A stretch of DNA of 64,000 nucleotides from positions 733,697 through 797,696 of the forward strand of contig CAVPTL010000008.1 in NCBI GenBank assembly GCA_963708725.1, in the 5' to 3' direction. Positions 63,796 to 64,000 of the stretch are shown here, piece by piece. The position numbers and the translations under genes are program-made. Below the pieces are notes generated by a model. That model searched no databases, was not told the DNA's origin, and saw only the letters and a program-made list of their open reading frames with translations. Within the stretch, counting starts at the first letter, position 1. Each line of letters opens with the position of its first letter. Source of the stretch: an uncultured Actinomycetes bacterium (GTDB lineage: Bacteria; Actinomycetota; Thermoleophilia; Gaiellales; JAICJC01).

Positions 63796-64000
63796 ATGGC
63801 AACGATCGACATCACATTCCGCGCGATCGAGGAGCTCGAGCCCGGGGTCAAGTGGCAGGGGCTGTTCGACGCCCTGTGGCCGAGCTACCGCCGCTGGTTC
63901 CTCCAGGCCGGGGACGCGGCCCGCCCCGCCTATGCCGATTCGGTGCGGATGCTCCGCCGGCACATGCCCGAGCTGGTTGACACCTACGACCGGCTGGTCG
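63796..64000 (+). CDS. Peptidase C45 / acyl-CoA:6-APA acyltransferase-like protein; 5' part only (window edge)
   Basis: Manual translation from ATG 63796 gives MATIDITFRAIEELEPGVKWQGLFDALWPSYRRWFLQAGDAARPAYADSVRMLRRHMPELVDTYDRLV, open to the window end. The family call is from memory of C45 N-termini. Confidence 0.5.
   Translation, partial: MATIDITFRAIEELEPGVKWQGLFDALWPSYRRWFLQAGDAARPAYADSVRMLRRHMPELVDTYDRLV

Overview
The window is a gene-dense, high-G+C segment that looks like an Actinomycetota chromosome. I found no rRNA, tRNA, CRISPR array, transposase or integrase. About 60 CDS can be supported, many joined by ATGA/GTGA start-stop overlaps. They include ftsH, lon, two S9 peptidases, MFS/ABC/APC transporters, a homoprotocatechuate-type meta-cleavage cluster (hpaB, extradiol dioxygenase, FAH-family enzymes, ALDH) followed by P450 and a GS-like ligase, a trimethylamine-dehydrogenase-like/ETF-like/disulfide-reductase cluster, a dppA-cbs-ycaQ-cgl operon, two PAS-GGDEF-EAL proteins and a PilZ protein. 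Five things deserve a second look. (1) A 31-33 nt perfect palindrome occurs 7 times at gene boundaries and sometimes supplies the stop codons. (2) A conserved intergenic cassette of about 180 nt occurs twice (56.47-56.65 kb and 61.39-61.56 kb). It carries promoter-like spacing and a structured RNA of about 105 nt supported by compensatory base changes, and I could not match it to any RNA family I know. (3) Hairpin elements with a shared core combine with (1) and (2) in a mosaic arrangement. (4) A six-gene SipW-type signal peptidase cluster contains four tandem TasA/camelysin-like paralogs. (5) Four or five genes show frame disruptions that each behave like a single-base insertion. A shared TACTGTATCCA -10/operator motif links a GntR gene, an amino-acid permease and the aromatic catabolic operon. 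Every functional call comes from motif recognition by eye; no database search was run.
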